A stretch of DNA of 64,000 bases from Bdellovibrionales bacterium CG10_big_fil_rev_8_21_14_0_10_45_34 (GCA_002778785.1 PEZS01000001.1:124232-188231), one strand, 5' to 3'; shown: positions 36,716-45,462, counted from the first letter of the stretch. Notes: a model not told the origin generated them from the sequence alone. A program made the numbers and translations.

Positions 36716-36820
36716 TCATGTTATAGCCAGATTGTCGACTTCTTCAGCGACGACGGCAAATCCTTTACCAAAAAGAAGTTTTCCTTTGAGGCTCCGAGTT
36801 GAGTTCGTCACTTCCCCCAT
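36716..36820 (-). pseudogene. 34-codon remnant of a methyl-accepting chemotaxis protein signalling domain
   Basis: Own translation gives MGEVTNSTRSLKGKLLFGKGFAVVAEEVDNLAIT*. GKGFAVVAEEVxxLA is the invariant MCP hairpin-tip motif. The flanks carry no further MCP sequence. Confidence 0.45.
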
Positions 36821-36970
36821 GACACCTCGCTGTGTGCCATAAATCTTTAGATTCTTTAATTTGGTCGTTTCGCTTATGGGATTTTAGGCGAAGGCAGCGT
36901 GTTTTTTGATTGCCAAGTCTTGGCGCTAGATTTTTGATTCTCTTAGGCTTTCACATAGAAGGGAAATTGA

Positions 36971-37615
36971 GTGAACCTTACCATCTTTTTGTTGTCGCTA
37001 TTGTTGTCTGTTCAATCCGCATTTGCCGCTGAAATCGACGATCAGACTGGCCATTGGGTTGGGACGTTTGTGAATAAGCCGATGAGCGAAAGGTTTTCTG
37101 TTTGGGCAGAATCCCAGATTCGATTCAATCACGACATCGGCGGCGTTCAACAGGTCCTTTATCGGACGGGTGTTTTGCAGCGGCTGAGCGCTGAAAGTGG
37201 GATTGGCTACCTTTACGCTTTCATTCAAACGGGTGGACAGAAAGAGCATCGCCTGACTTTGCAGCATACCCAGCACTACGGAAGTTTTATTAACATGACT
37301 TGGTCTCATCGGCTTCGCGCCGAGACACGTTTTTTGGAGCGTAATTCAGACAGTGCAGGAAGAGTTCGTTACCTCGTGCGGGGTGAAGGGCTAGACGTAC
37401 TGGGTACCTCATTGGTTATTTGGGATGAGTGCTTTTTTAACCTCACTCGTGAAGACTGGACGGGAAATCAGTTCACGGAGCGAAACCGATTTTTCTTGGG
37501 GTTGCGGCAAAAAGTATCAGAAACCCATTTTGAATTCGGCTACCTCAATCAGTATGTACCGCGCAGTAGCCTCAACATTATGGAACACCTTCTTGTCCTT
37601 TACATTTTCATTTAG
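36971..37615 (+). CDS. DUF2490-like outer-membrane protein
   Basis: Signal peptide ending SAFA. The periodic pattern WAESQIRF, EHRLTLQH, HRLRAETRFLER, RVRYLVR, TERNRFFLGL and GYLNQY fits DUF2490 as I recall it. Confidence 0.55.
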   Translation: MNLTIFLLSLLLSVQSAFAAEIDDQTGHWVGTFVNKPMSERFSVWAESQIRFNHDIGGVQQVLYRTGVLQRLSAESGIGYLYAFIQTGGQKEHRLTLQHTQHYGSFINMTWSHRLRAETRFLERNSDSAGRVRYLVRGEGLDVLGTSLVIWDECFFNLTREDWTGNQFTERNRFFLGLRQKVSETHFEFGYLNQYVPRSSLNIMEHLLVLYIFI

Positions 37616-37716
37616 GTGCCACGCGCCGTTTGGAGAGGCTTATGCAGTTTGCTCAGAAAAAAGTTGCGACGATCAGTGGAGTAATGAGGTCACCCGCCCT
37701 GGTGATTGCCCACTTG

Positions 37717-38349
37717 TCACGGGGCCCGACGAGTCACGCGAAGTGACAGTTGAGGGGCGCCTATTTCATTGTCTCTGTATGGCTCTATAATATCAAAACC
37801 GAGTTCGGCACGCGCTTTATATGCCGGAGTGTTCTTTATCGAGTCCATATATAGCCGACCTAAGTTCTCAAGTGCAGTTCCATTTTTTCTCGAGTTCCAA
37901 ACCGTGAAGAACTTTTCTGCATTTGTTTCAGCTAAAAAGGTACTTATTGTGCGTACCTGAGGAAAATTGATTAGAACGTATGCAAAAAAGGCAGTGCCCA
38001 GGTGTCTGCCGCGTAGGACGGATCGAATGTCTAAGATTGAGAGCTCGTCTTTTTGTACAAGTACCTCAAATTTAATACGGCCAAGCCTTTGTTCCTTTTC
38101 TCCAAAGAATTCAACCAATCCTTCTAAAATGCTTGAGTTCTTTTGCGAATAGCTCGGTGACTCTCTGAATATCAGATTCGTAGCGTACTTACGGTAGACA
38201 CTTTCATACTGCTTTTGGGCGAGGAGCATTTGTTCATCAGTGAAGGGTCTCGGTATTTCAAATAAAACCTCACAGACCGGTTCTTCAGGTTGGTAGGTCT
38301 GCGCGCTTAAGTTCACCGATAGTAGAAATAGCATCACGAAAAATTTCAT
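37717..38349 (-). CDS. Exported protein with GNAT-like core (tentative)
   Basis: Start placed at ATG 38349 (MKFFVMLFLLSVNLSAQ, a signal peptide). LRGRHLGTAFFAYVL and ARAELGFDI resemble GNAT motif A and the C-terminal motif. Confidence 0.35.
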   Translation of the reverse strand: MKFFVMLFLLSVNLSAQTYQPEEPVCEVLFEIPRPFTDEQMLLAQKQYESVYRKYATNLIFRESPSYSQKNSSILEGLVEFFGEKEQRLGRIKFEVLVQKDELSILDIRSVLRGRHLGTAFFAYVLINFPQVRTISTFLAETNAEKFFTVWNSRKNGTALENLGRLYMDSIKNTPAYKARAELGFDIIEPYRDNEIGAPQLSLRVTRRAP

Positions 38350-38557
38350 TTGTTTCCCCACGACTCGTTGGAGCTTAACATCTTGGCCGGGTATACCCAA
38401 AGACTCTCCTGCCTCTAGGCAATTTATACAAGATGTTCGGCGGACTACGGGGGCTGCGACCGAGTGCCTCCCCCTTTTTTTTGGAAGCAGGCGCACACGA
38501 CTGGCTAATCGAGAAACTTAAATGCCACTGGTTGCCGAGCATTGAGTCTTCCTTTTC

Positions 38558-40210
38558 TCATCGCTTGAGGGCCTCTTGAAATACTGTCGCTTCCCAAGTG
38601 TCATCGAAGTGGCGATACCTTTTAGGCACCCATACATCTGGCATTACTGGAATGCCAGAAAAGACTTTACCTTTTTCATCGGTAGTCCGAGTCACCGCTA
38701 CTTGCTGCCTAAGAAGCGCATTCTTTGGCAATTTTTGAGTCGACTGAGGTTGACGTGGAGATATCACTATCTTGTAACCGGGCACCTCTGAAGTCAGAAA
38801 CACATCTATAAGCAATCTTCCGTAAGTAGAGTCACCTGAATCAGGAAACCCCAATATCCTAACCCGACTCTTCAGCTTATCTTTGAGCTGCCAAACAAAC
38901 CCCGTGCAGGATGAAATGCAGAGTTCATTAACAAGCAAGTCCATCTGGCCTTTGAATCCATGTTTGACCGGTTCGTAAAAGCCTTCATCGCAACTTTTAG
39001 TTTCGTCAGCGCAGAAGGCTGGGTGATTGGGCAGAAAGTCGCCACTATTTGTTTTTGAAAACGTGCCGTTTCTTTTTATTTTTTCAAACCAGAGCTCATG
39101 ACCATGATCATTATAAAAGAGCTTTTTTCTGATATCTGCGTCTTCAATTTCGGTAGTCTTCTTAAACTGCACATATTGCTCTTGAAAAGGTCGATCAAGA
39201 AACATCTGGTACCATCGAATAGGAGTGTCACCGCCACCGTTGTCTATCAAATCGACAATCAGTTTTTTGGTCAATGGGGCCTTTGCCTTCCAATACTCCG
39301 CATAAAACCGATCCACCTCTTGTTTGAGCGAACGAATCGCCTCTTCTTTAGGCAACTTAAAGTAGGCGAAGCTTGCGATGCGAAGCATGACAACTCCGGG
39401 CCATTTATCTGATTCAAAGACACAAATGTTTAATCCCTTTAGAACCACCTTAAAGTCTGCATAACGATCCAATTCGACGGGGCACTCCTTGCTGACGCCC
39501 GAATCATTCTTAGTTTGAATGTTTGCTGGCACAGGAATTTTGATCGGAATCCTCACCTCCCACTGGCGGGAGTTTCTTCGAAGTTTGTACGTCAAGGGCT
39601 TGGAGCGATCCCATTCGCCAAGCTCCTTTCTGAAGTGCTCAAAAATGTCAGACTCACACTGTTCTCTCAGCGGGAACTTACAAAACAAAAAATTCTGCTT
39701 AGACCATTCACTCATTGATGTTCCGTTAATCGCGAGCACTTCATCGCCAATCCCAGGCCTATCTCTTTCTTTAAATGCGGATGCTAGCTCTTTGTCTAAA
39801 GAAGAAATCATATACTTAAAAGTTTTTTGGCCTTTGTTAACGATCTCAGCCCTAAACGTAGCGGCAATAATTGGTCGAACACTTGTTAAATCATAGTTAC
39901 GGTCAAGGCTGAGATGTGCATGAAGATTAGGGTAGGTGGCATCGAGTCGTCGGAACACCTGGCCGACTTCGAACTTTGTTTTTGCATTTGCCAGTTCAGA
40001 TCGCAATCTAGCAATGGTTTTTTGCCAAGATTCGGGCCTGTTCGATCTTGGCGGCAATCCTTCGCCATCGAGACGTTCGATTTCATCAACGAACTTATCA
40101 AATAGGGCAAGGCGAGTTTCAGTATTAATTGTGAGGGCTTCAGTAGCGACAGACGCATTCACCCAAAGGAGTGGCGCAATCAAATAAAAACTAAAAAGAA
40201 TTAATTTCAC
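38558..40210 (-). CDS. Exported S41-like (tail-specific) peptidase family protein, tentative
   Basis: Signal peptide. KLIVDLIDNGGGD resembles the S41 DLRxNxGG box. A Ser-containing stretch NELCISSCTGFVW is present. The protein is 550 aa. Confidence 0.45.
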   Translation of the reverse strand: MKLILFSFYLIAPLLWVNASVATEALTINTETRLALFDKFVDEIERLDGEGLPPRSNRPESWQKTIARLRSELANAKTKFEVGQVFRRLDATYPNLHAHLSLDRNYDLTSVRPIIAATFRAEIVNKGQKTFKYMISSLDKELASAFKERDRPGIGDEVLAINGTSMSEWSKQNFLFCKFPLREQCESDIFEHFRKELGEWDRSKPLTYKLRRNSRQWEVRIPIKIPVPANIQTKNDSGVSKECPVELDRYADFKVVLKGLNICVFESDKWPGVVMLRIASFAYFKLPKEEAIRSLKQEVDRFYAEYWKAKAPLTKKLIVDLIDNGGGDTPIRWYQMFLDRPFQEQYVQFKKTTEIEDADIRKKLFYNDHGHELWFEKIKRNGTFSKTNSGDFLPNHPAFCADETKSCDEGFYEPVKHGFKGQMDLLVNELCISSCTGFVWQLKDKLKSRVRILGFPDSGDSTYGRLLIDVFLTSEVPGYKIVISPRQPQSTQKLPKNALLRQQVAVTRTTDEKGKVFSGIPVMPDVWVPKRYRHFDDTWEATVFQEALKR

Positions 40211-40303
40211 CAGTGAGCTCCTATCGGTGAGGCAATCAAATATGGCAAAATAACTTTGTGACCGAGAGTTTGGGTGAGAAGCCTATTGGGTTTGAATAAT
40301 ACA

Positions 40304-40819
40304 CTACTTGCGGTCCCTTAGCTGATCTGGAAGGCCGTCATGATCTCCCATTTCTTGTTTAGGAGAGTTCTCCCAAAGAAAATCTTTTTTTCTGATCTCC
40401 TCGTTCCTTTGAGGGTGAAGAGGATAGAAGCATTTGTTTTCTTTTTTTGTAGCTTCACCAACAACAAGAAGTCGAACGTCGTCGTTGGTGTTGTTGATAA
40501 TGGTGTGAGCGATTCCTGTACCACAAGGAAACCCTACACCGTCGCCAGACTTCAACCTGTAGAGTCGCCCGTTTATCCAAGCATCGGGGGCACCTTCGAT
40601 AACGTAGACAAATTCTTCTTCATCCGACTCGGCATGTGGCCAAGATGTTCGGCGGCCAGGGGGCAACAATTCGTGATGAATCCCGAGCTTATTAAGACCG
40701 AATACTTTGCCAAAAGGTGAACCAATCGATAGGAGCTCATCGCTTCCGCTACCCTTATAGCAGCTCGTGTCTTCTTCTTGGATTTCTTTGTAGTGCTTAA
40801 TACATTCTGGGCGGGACAT
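40304..40819 (-). CDS. Cupin domain protein
   Basis: LPPGRRTSWPHAESDEEEFVYVIEGAPDAWINGRLYRLKSGDGVGFPCGTGIAHTIINN carries cupin motifs 1 and 2. Confidence 0.75.
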   Translation of the reverse strand: MSRPECIKHYKEIQEEDTSCYKGSGSDELLSIGSPFGKVFGLNKLGIHHELLPPGRRTSWPHAESDEEEFVYVIEGAPDAWINGRLYRLKSGDGVGFPCGTGIAHTIINNTNDDVRLLVVGEATKKENKCFYPLHPQRNEEIRKKDFLWENSPKQEMGDHDGLPDQLRDRK

Positions 40820-40962
40820 GAGGAAGGCTCCTTGGTTTGTGCAATACGATACACCATTTGCCGTCCCATCTGGTTTTCACGGAAGGGTTCCTCCTTGCGT
40901 AAGTTTTTGATTCAAACTCCAGGCATAGAACTAGTAACGAGAGAGGAAGCGAATATCTTGAA

Positions 40963-41319
40963 CTAGGCAACTTTGAACTTCAATTTTGGTTTAATGATGT
41001 TTAACAGCTCCAGCAACTTATCGATGGTGAAGCGACCGTGGTGGTAATGGACAATTTCGCTGACCCGTGACTCGCTGACGCCAAGAATCTTTGCCAATTC
41101 CCGCTGGGTCAAATCCTTTTCCTGGCAATAGCGAACAAAATGGGCGCACAACTCATGCTTAGCTCGGTCCACAGAACTCGCATCACCAGCCAGAACCTTC
41201 GTTGGCTTAGATTTCCCCAGCTTCTTGTCGATCTCAACCCATTCACTTTCTGTAGGCCATCCTGGCGGCGGCGTTCTGCTGATTTTGCTTGGCTTCGCTT
41301 TCTTCGTCGTTTTTTTCAC
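40963..41319 (-). CDS. XRE/HTH_37-type DNA-binding protein (antitoxin-like)
   Basis: LTQRELAKILGVSESRVSEIVHYHHGRFTIDKLLELLNII. The GTG start shares GTGA with the stop of the upstream reading frame. Confidence 0.75.
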   Translation of the reverse strand: MKKTTKKAKPSKISRTPPPGWPTESEWVEIDKKLGKSKPTKVLAGDASSVDRAKHELCAHFVRYCQEKDLTQRELAKILGVSESRVSEIVHYHHGRFTIDKLLELLNIIKPKLKFKVA

Positions 41320-41626
41320 TTGGATCTCCTATAGGCATTTCTTACGCCGATGTAACTTGCATCTGGTGGTATCACCCAAATAAGTCGATATAGCTTGTCG
41401 CTCCAGTTAGATCTGTTTCGTAGAACTGATAGCCGTCGTTACGAATCATTTGCGGGAGATAGCTTCCTAAGTTCAATGCTCTCAACAACTCCAGAATTAA
41501 ATTGTCGTTGATGGATCGGCTATGCTTTTCTTCGTAGTGTGAGTCAATCCAGACTTCGCTGAACCATGTATTATTTATGAAGAGTCTAAATTCGACCACA
41601 CGAAACATCACACACCACTCTATCAA
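41316..41626 (-). pseudogene. Putative toxin-like partner gene, apparently frameshifted
   Basis: Frame 1 reads MFRVVEFRLFINNTWFSEVWIDSHYEEKHSRSINDNLILELLRALNLGSYLPQMIRNDGYQFYETDL and then hits TGA at 41372. A second frame continues ...SDKLYRLIWVIPPDASYIGVRNAYRRSK and ends at TGA 41316-41318, overlapping the antitoxin start. Confidence 0.4.
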
Positions 41627-41656
41627 AACTTCCCAAATTTGGCAACTTAATTGTTG

Positions 41657-41971
41657 TTAGCTCGCTGAGAAGAAAGTCTTTCCGGCGCGATTGATGTGCT
41701 CGATGAGGTCGTTGTTATCTATGTGGTGATAAATTGAAAGATCGATTTGGTAGGGTAGCAGTAGGTCGTCTAAATCATTTTCAACGGCAAGAAGATCAGT
41801 TGTTGTGAGCGCGCTACCAAATAACACAAGATCAATATCAGAGCTTGGTTTGTAGTTGCCCTTAGCCCGAGAGCCATAGACGACTGCTTTTTCGATTTTT
41901 GTATGCTTCGAAAATACCCCGTTAATTTTGTGAACTGCCTCTTCTGAAAGGCCAAAGGTGTATTTGCTCAT
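41657..41971 (-). CDS. Minimal nucleotidyltransferase (MNT, HI0073-like; MntA-type antitoxin)
   Basis: VVYGSRAKGNYKPSSDIDLVLFG matches GS-x9-11-DxD. The protein is 104 aa, with a 4-nt overlap with the HEPN gene. Confidence 0.85.
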   Translation of the reverse strand: MSKYTFGLSEEAVHKINGVFSKHTKIEKAVVYGSRAKGNYKPSSDIDLVLFGSALTTTDLLAVENDLDDLLLPYQIDLSIYHHIDNNDLIEHINRAGKTFFSAS

Positions 41972-42381
41972 GACTTTGACTTAAAAGCTTCCATTGTAGA
42001 CCGAAGATCGCAAAAGAGAGGGTAATAGAGCTGAATTGTTTTGTTGACGATGTCGTTAGCTGTTCCTTGGTTGTACGTGTGAGATGTTTGGTTACGGCTT
42101 TTTATCATCTCCATCCAAGAGTTGCCGTCCTTAACCAGACCCATTTTGAATGCCTCACGGGTTGCGTCTCTTGAGCCAGTGATCCCCGAGTTGCCCTGAT
42201 ACTCAAAATAATCTTTGATCAGGTTCCAAGCCAGCTCGTGAGTGAACTCAAATGCTTGAATGACACCTTGTTTTTCAAGATCTGAAAATTTGCGTTGCTT
42301 CGAAATGTTGACGGCTGAAGAAAGCTGGTGAAGGGCAGAACTAAAACTGTGAAGCCTTTGATGCCACCTAATATCAGCCAC
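41968..42381 (-). CDS. HEPN-domain 'nucleotidyltransferase substrate-binding protein' (HI0074 family; HepT-type toxin)
   Basis: IRWHQRLHSFSSAL, GVIQAFEFTHELAWNLIKDYF, and an RNQTSHTY R-x4-H motif. Confidence 0.85.
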   Translation of the reverse strand: MADIRWHQRLHSFSSALHQLSSAVNISKQRKFSDLEKQGVIQAFEFTHELAWNLIKDYFEYQGNSGITGSRDATREAFKMGLVKDGNSWMEMIKSRNQTSHTYNQGTANDIVNKTIQLYYPLFCDLRSTMEAFKSKS

Positions 42382-42405
42382 CGGTTGCCCCTTCGAATTT
42401 GGGAA

Positions 42406-42480
42406 TGGATGGGGCGGCAGGATTCGAACCTGCGAATACTGGAATCAAAATCCAGGGTCTTACCGCTTGACGACGCCCCA
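42406..42480 (-). tRNA. tRNA-Gln (anticodon UUG), CCA encoded
   Basis: The minus strand reads TGGGGCG-TC-GTC-AAGCGGTAA-GAC-C-CTGGA-TTTTGAT-TCCAG-TATTC-GCAGG-TTCGAAT-CCTGC-CGCCCCA-T-CCA. It aligns arm for arm with E. coli tRNA-Gln and is 75 nt long. Confidence 0.95.
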
Positions 42481-42582
42481 GTAAGAATAGTGTTCGTGAA
42501 CCAACCAAGATAAAGTGAGTGCCGCCCCTCAGCAAGCAATAACTTTAGGCATCGCACCTTAGAAGGTTCGCACCTAAACAGC

Positions 42583-44088
42583 TTAGATAATCACCAAGCT
42601 CATGCGGCCGTTGCTCCAGATTTTTAGAACATTTCGGCTCTGCCTGATGGCTCCCCTCAGGTCACTTTCTGAGAGAACATTCTTTTTGTTGATACTCAGC
42701 AAAATATCACCCGGTCGTAGGCCGCTGCGTGCTGCTGGCGAGTTCTGCGCTACCCCCACGATCACAAGCCCTTGGGGCGCTCCTGCCGGTAGCCCATACT
42801 GCCTGGCCAGCTGATCCGTGAGTTTTTTCACTCGAAAACCTAGTTCATACGGCGCATCCGTGCCGGGCGGAAGCCTTTGACCTTGACCTTGGCTTCGCCC
42901 TTGCATTTGCTGCGGAGTTTCGGGTGCGGCTTCAACAGTGAGAGTTTTCTTTAGCGCTTTACCGCCGCGAACAACCTCGACATCTACTTTTTTGCCGATG
43001 GGAGTGGTTTTGACCATGTTGGCAAGATCGGCAGCAGACGTAACCCGCCGGCCATCAAACCTCGTCACGACATCGAGCGATTTCAACCCAGCTTTGTCTG
43101 CGGGGCCCTCTTTTGCGATGTCGAGTAAAATGGCGCCTTCATCGACCGTTATCGTATCATCAGCAGCATTAAGCTCCGGTGTCACGGAATCAAGGTAGAC
43201 TCCTAAGTAGCCGTAAGTCACTTTGCCAGCCGATTTGAGCTGAGGAAGGATGGACTTCACATGATCGATTGGGATTGCAAAACCAATCCCCTGCGCCCTT
43301 GCGTCGATGGCGGCATTCACGGCGATAACTTCACCTTTAGTGTTAACAAGCGGCCCACCTGAGTTACCAGGGTTGATGCTCGCATCCGTTTGTATAAACG
43401 GTACTGCGTTGAGATCCTGAATCCGCCTGCCAATCGCTGAGACAATTCCTTTTGATACGCTAAAAGTGTGACCATAAGGATTACCAAACGCCGCTACCCA
43501 CTGGCCGACTTCAACCTTAGAGCTTTCTCCTAACTTAAGAACGGGCAATTTTGTTTTCACTTTAATCTTGATAAGTGCGATGTCAGAAAGCGGGTCTCTA
43601 CCCACCAGCTCTGCATCAATCAATTTTTCTCGGTCGTTAAGCAGCTGCACTCTAATCGCATCGGCGCCGTCAACAACGTGATTGTTTGTCACAATAAGAC
43701 CGTCTTCTTCGATAATAAATCCAGATCCCATCGAGCGGGGCATCTCTTTAGGAGCCCCTCCTCGAGGTGCTCCGCTACCTGGAGGCGGCATAAGAGGACG
43801 GCCAAAAAACTGCTCGAAGAACTGAAAGTACGGATCGTTCAAATAAGGTGAGCTCCCCTGACGCACTGTCTGTGCTGTGGCAATGCTAACTACGGCTGGA
43901 TTGGAATGTTTCGCAAGTTCAACAAATGCATTCTCTGGTAGGGGATCTCCAAACTTCATTGCCGGCTGCTCTAGCCCCGCACTTTGCACAGAGGCGCCTT
44001 CCTCAGAAAAATAAAGCGTGCAGGCGGTAGCTAGAAAAACCAAAGATGTTGTGAGAAAAGTTTTTATGCTAACAGTGCGAGATAACAT
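42583..44088 (-). CDS. htrA: HtrA/DegP-family periplasmic serine protease with two PDZ domains
   Basis: Catalytic triad contexts TNNHVV, SDIALIKI and GNSGGPL. Two PDZ-like regions follow. The protein is 501 aa. Confidence 0.9.
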   Translation of the reverse strand: MLSRTVSIKTFLTTSLVFLATACTLYFSEEGASVQSAGLEQPAMKFGDPLPENAFVELAKHSNPAVVSIATAQTVRQGSSPYLNDPYFQFFEQFFGRPLMPPPGSGAPRGGAPKEMPRSMGSGFIIEEDGLIVTNNHVVDGADAIRVQLLNDREKLIDAELVGRDPLSDIALIKIKVKTKLPVLKLGESSKVEVGQWVAAFGNPYGHTFSVSKGIVSAIGRRIQDLNAVPFIQTDASINPGNSGGPLVNTKGEVIAVNAAIDARAQGIGFAIPIDHVKSILPQLKSAGKVTYGYLGVYLDSVTPELNAADDTITVDEGAILLDIAKEGPADKAGLKSLDVVTRFDGRRVTSAADLANMVKTTPIGKKVDVEVVRGGKALKKTLTVEAAPETPQQMQGRSQGQGQRLPPGTDAPYELGFRVKKLTDQLARQYGLPAGAPQGLVIVGVAQNSPAARSGLRPGDILLSINKKNVLSESDLRGAIRQSRNVLKIWSNGRMSLVII

Positions 44089-44235
44089 AGCGTTGTTCCT
44101 CCGTCTGGTTAGATTCTAAACAGATATACATCTGTAGAACTGTTGAAAAGTAAAACTTTTGAGAAATACTCCAAATCTTACGTTTGATAAAGAGACTTAG
44201 AAACAATTTTAGAAATCAGGCACTCACGGCTTCTA

Positions 44236-44514
44236 TCACTGCTTTTTTGAAACATAGTGAACTTGTAGATCAGAGACGAGGCGGGTCAAGAGTTCCTGCT
44301 CATCGGCCGACAAGTTGCCCACTGTTTTGTCTTTAAGCACAACTAAAAGATCAATGTTAAATCTCGCCATAGACAGATCAACGCGAGTTTTGCCACTCTC
44401 CGGGTGAGGGCTCATACCAAGTGCCATCGCCGCCGAGGAGGCTATTGAAAGGGCTAACGTTGATAAGTTGGCTTCAATTTGATTGAGCGGATTTTGACTG
44501 TCATCTGTCGACAT
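44236..44514 (-). CDS. DUF1844 domain protein
   Basis: SSAAMALGMSPHPESGKTRVDLSMARFNIDLLVVLKDKTVGNLSADEQELLTRLVSDLQVHYV fits the DUF1844 pattern. Confidence 0.65.
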   Translation of the reverse strand: MSTDDSQNPLNQIEANLSTLALSIASSAAMALGMSPHPESGKTRVDLSMARFNIDLLVVLKDKTVGNLSADEQELLTRLVSDLQVHYVSKKQ

Positions 44515-44622
44515 GCGGTTTCACCTTTTGTTTCTGTTTTAAGCAATTCTACTTAATTCTACCTATTGAGATTTAGAGCTAGTAACAGTTGCCGCTTAAA
44601 TTGCAAGAGGCGTGCAGTTCAG

Positions 44623-45462
44623 TCAAACGGGATATCGCCCAATGAGACTTTTAATTCTCTCAGAAGTTTCGGGTGCTGGCTGGATACTTCGAGTGCGAGA
44701 TGTTGAAAGAGAGGGATTTACTAAAAAGAGATGATAAATACTTTCTGGAGCTGCAACCGGAATGGCCTCTTTGTAACGCTCTAGCTTTTCAAGCGCTTGA
44801 GAATAAATGAGCGATGACGCGCCCCATTCAACTGCTCGGCGGTCTAGTTCAAAATACCGCGACTTTCTAATGAGAATGCGAAGCAGTGCGGCAATCACTG
44901 GCTGCACAAGTTTACGAAAAAACAGTGGTTGTTCTAGTCGCGGGTTAAACGGCTTAATGAGATTACCTAAAGTGATATCAACAATGCTCGCCGGTAGATA
45001 AAACAAATTAGTAAGGCTTGTCGCTGCATCCAAAACCCCTAGTGGGCCTTGTCGAATCCAGCTCATGGCCGCCAGGAGCACCGCATCTCTCTCTTCTTTA
45101 GTCAGTTTTTTAAGCAGCGGCTCCGAAACCACCATGATCAGCGATCTCGTGGAATGCCCGTCGACAACAAGGAATGGCGTTTTGAGCTGGCTCAAATAAA
45201 TTTGCGGAGCGGGGACCTTCGTCAACTTAGCAAGCTCAGCCACTTTGCTCCTTAGTCCCCAACTGTCTTGACCTTCGACGGGTTTTGCATCGAGCCAACG
45301 CAGGATTTGCTCACGAGTGAGGTACAGGGCAAGAAAAGTAAGAATAAAACCCAAAATGAGACCAGCAAGCAGGCCTTGCCTGTCGGCGAAGGAGTAGCCT
45401 GCAACTAAAAAGAATAAATTTATAAGAAATAATATTCGCCAACGTTTAAGATCAGTTCTCAT
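44623..45462 (-). CDS. M48/HtpX-like membrane protein lacking the HExxH zinc site
   Basis: It has HtpX-like topology and landmarks (PAPQIYLSQLKTPFLVVDG, KSRYFELDRRAVEWG, ALEKLERY, SERIKSLIG). The position of HExxH reads LLAAMSWIRQG. Confidence 0.55.
   Translation of the reverse strand: MRTDLKRWRILFLINLFFLVAGYSFADRQGLLAGLILGFILTFLALYLTREQILRWLDAKPVEGQDSWGLRSKVAELAKLTKVPAPQIYLSQLKTPFLVVDGHSTRSLIMVVSEPLLKKLTKEERDAVLLAAMSWIRQGPLGVLDAATSLTNLFYLPASIVDITLGNLIKPFNPRLEQPLFFRKLVQPVIAALLRILIRKSRYFELDRRAVEWGASSLIYSQALEKLERYKEAIPVAAPESIYHLFLVNPSLSTSRTRSIQPAPETSERIKSLIGRYPV

Noticed and set aside
42381-42480. Direct repeat of the tRNA-Gln 3' end (att-like) elsewhere in 33-42.4 kb, which would delimit an island.
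   Set aside because: A visual scan of the intergenic gaps (36003-36147, 36649-36970, 40211-40303, 40820-40962) found only a 7-nt chance match (ATGGGGC). A computed search is needed before claiming borders.
42219-42557. 112-aa minus-strand ORF spanning the tRNA-Gln.
   Set aside because: It reads straight through a canonical tRNA and the start of the HEPN gene in another frame, so it is spurious.
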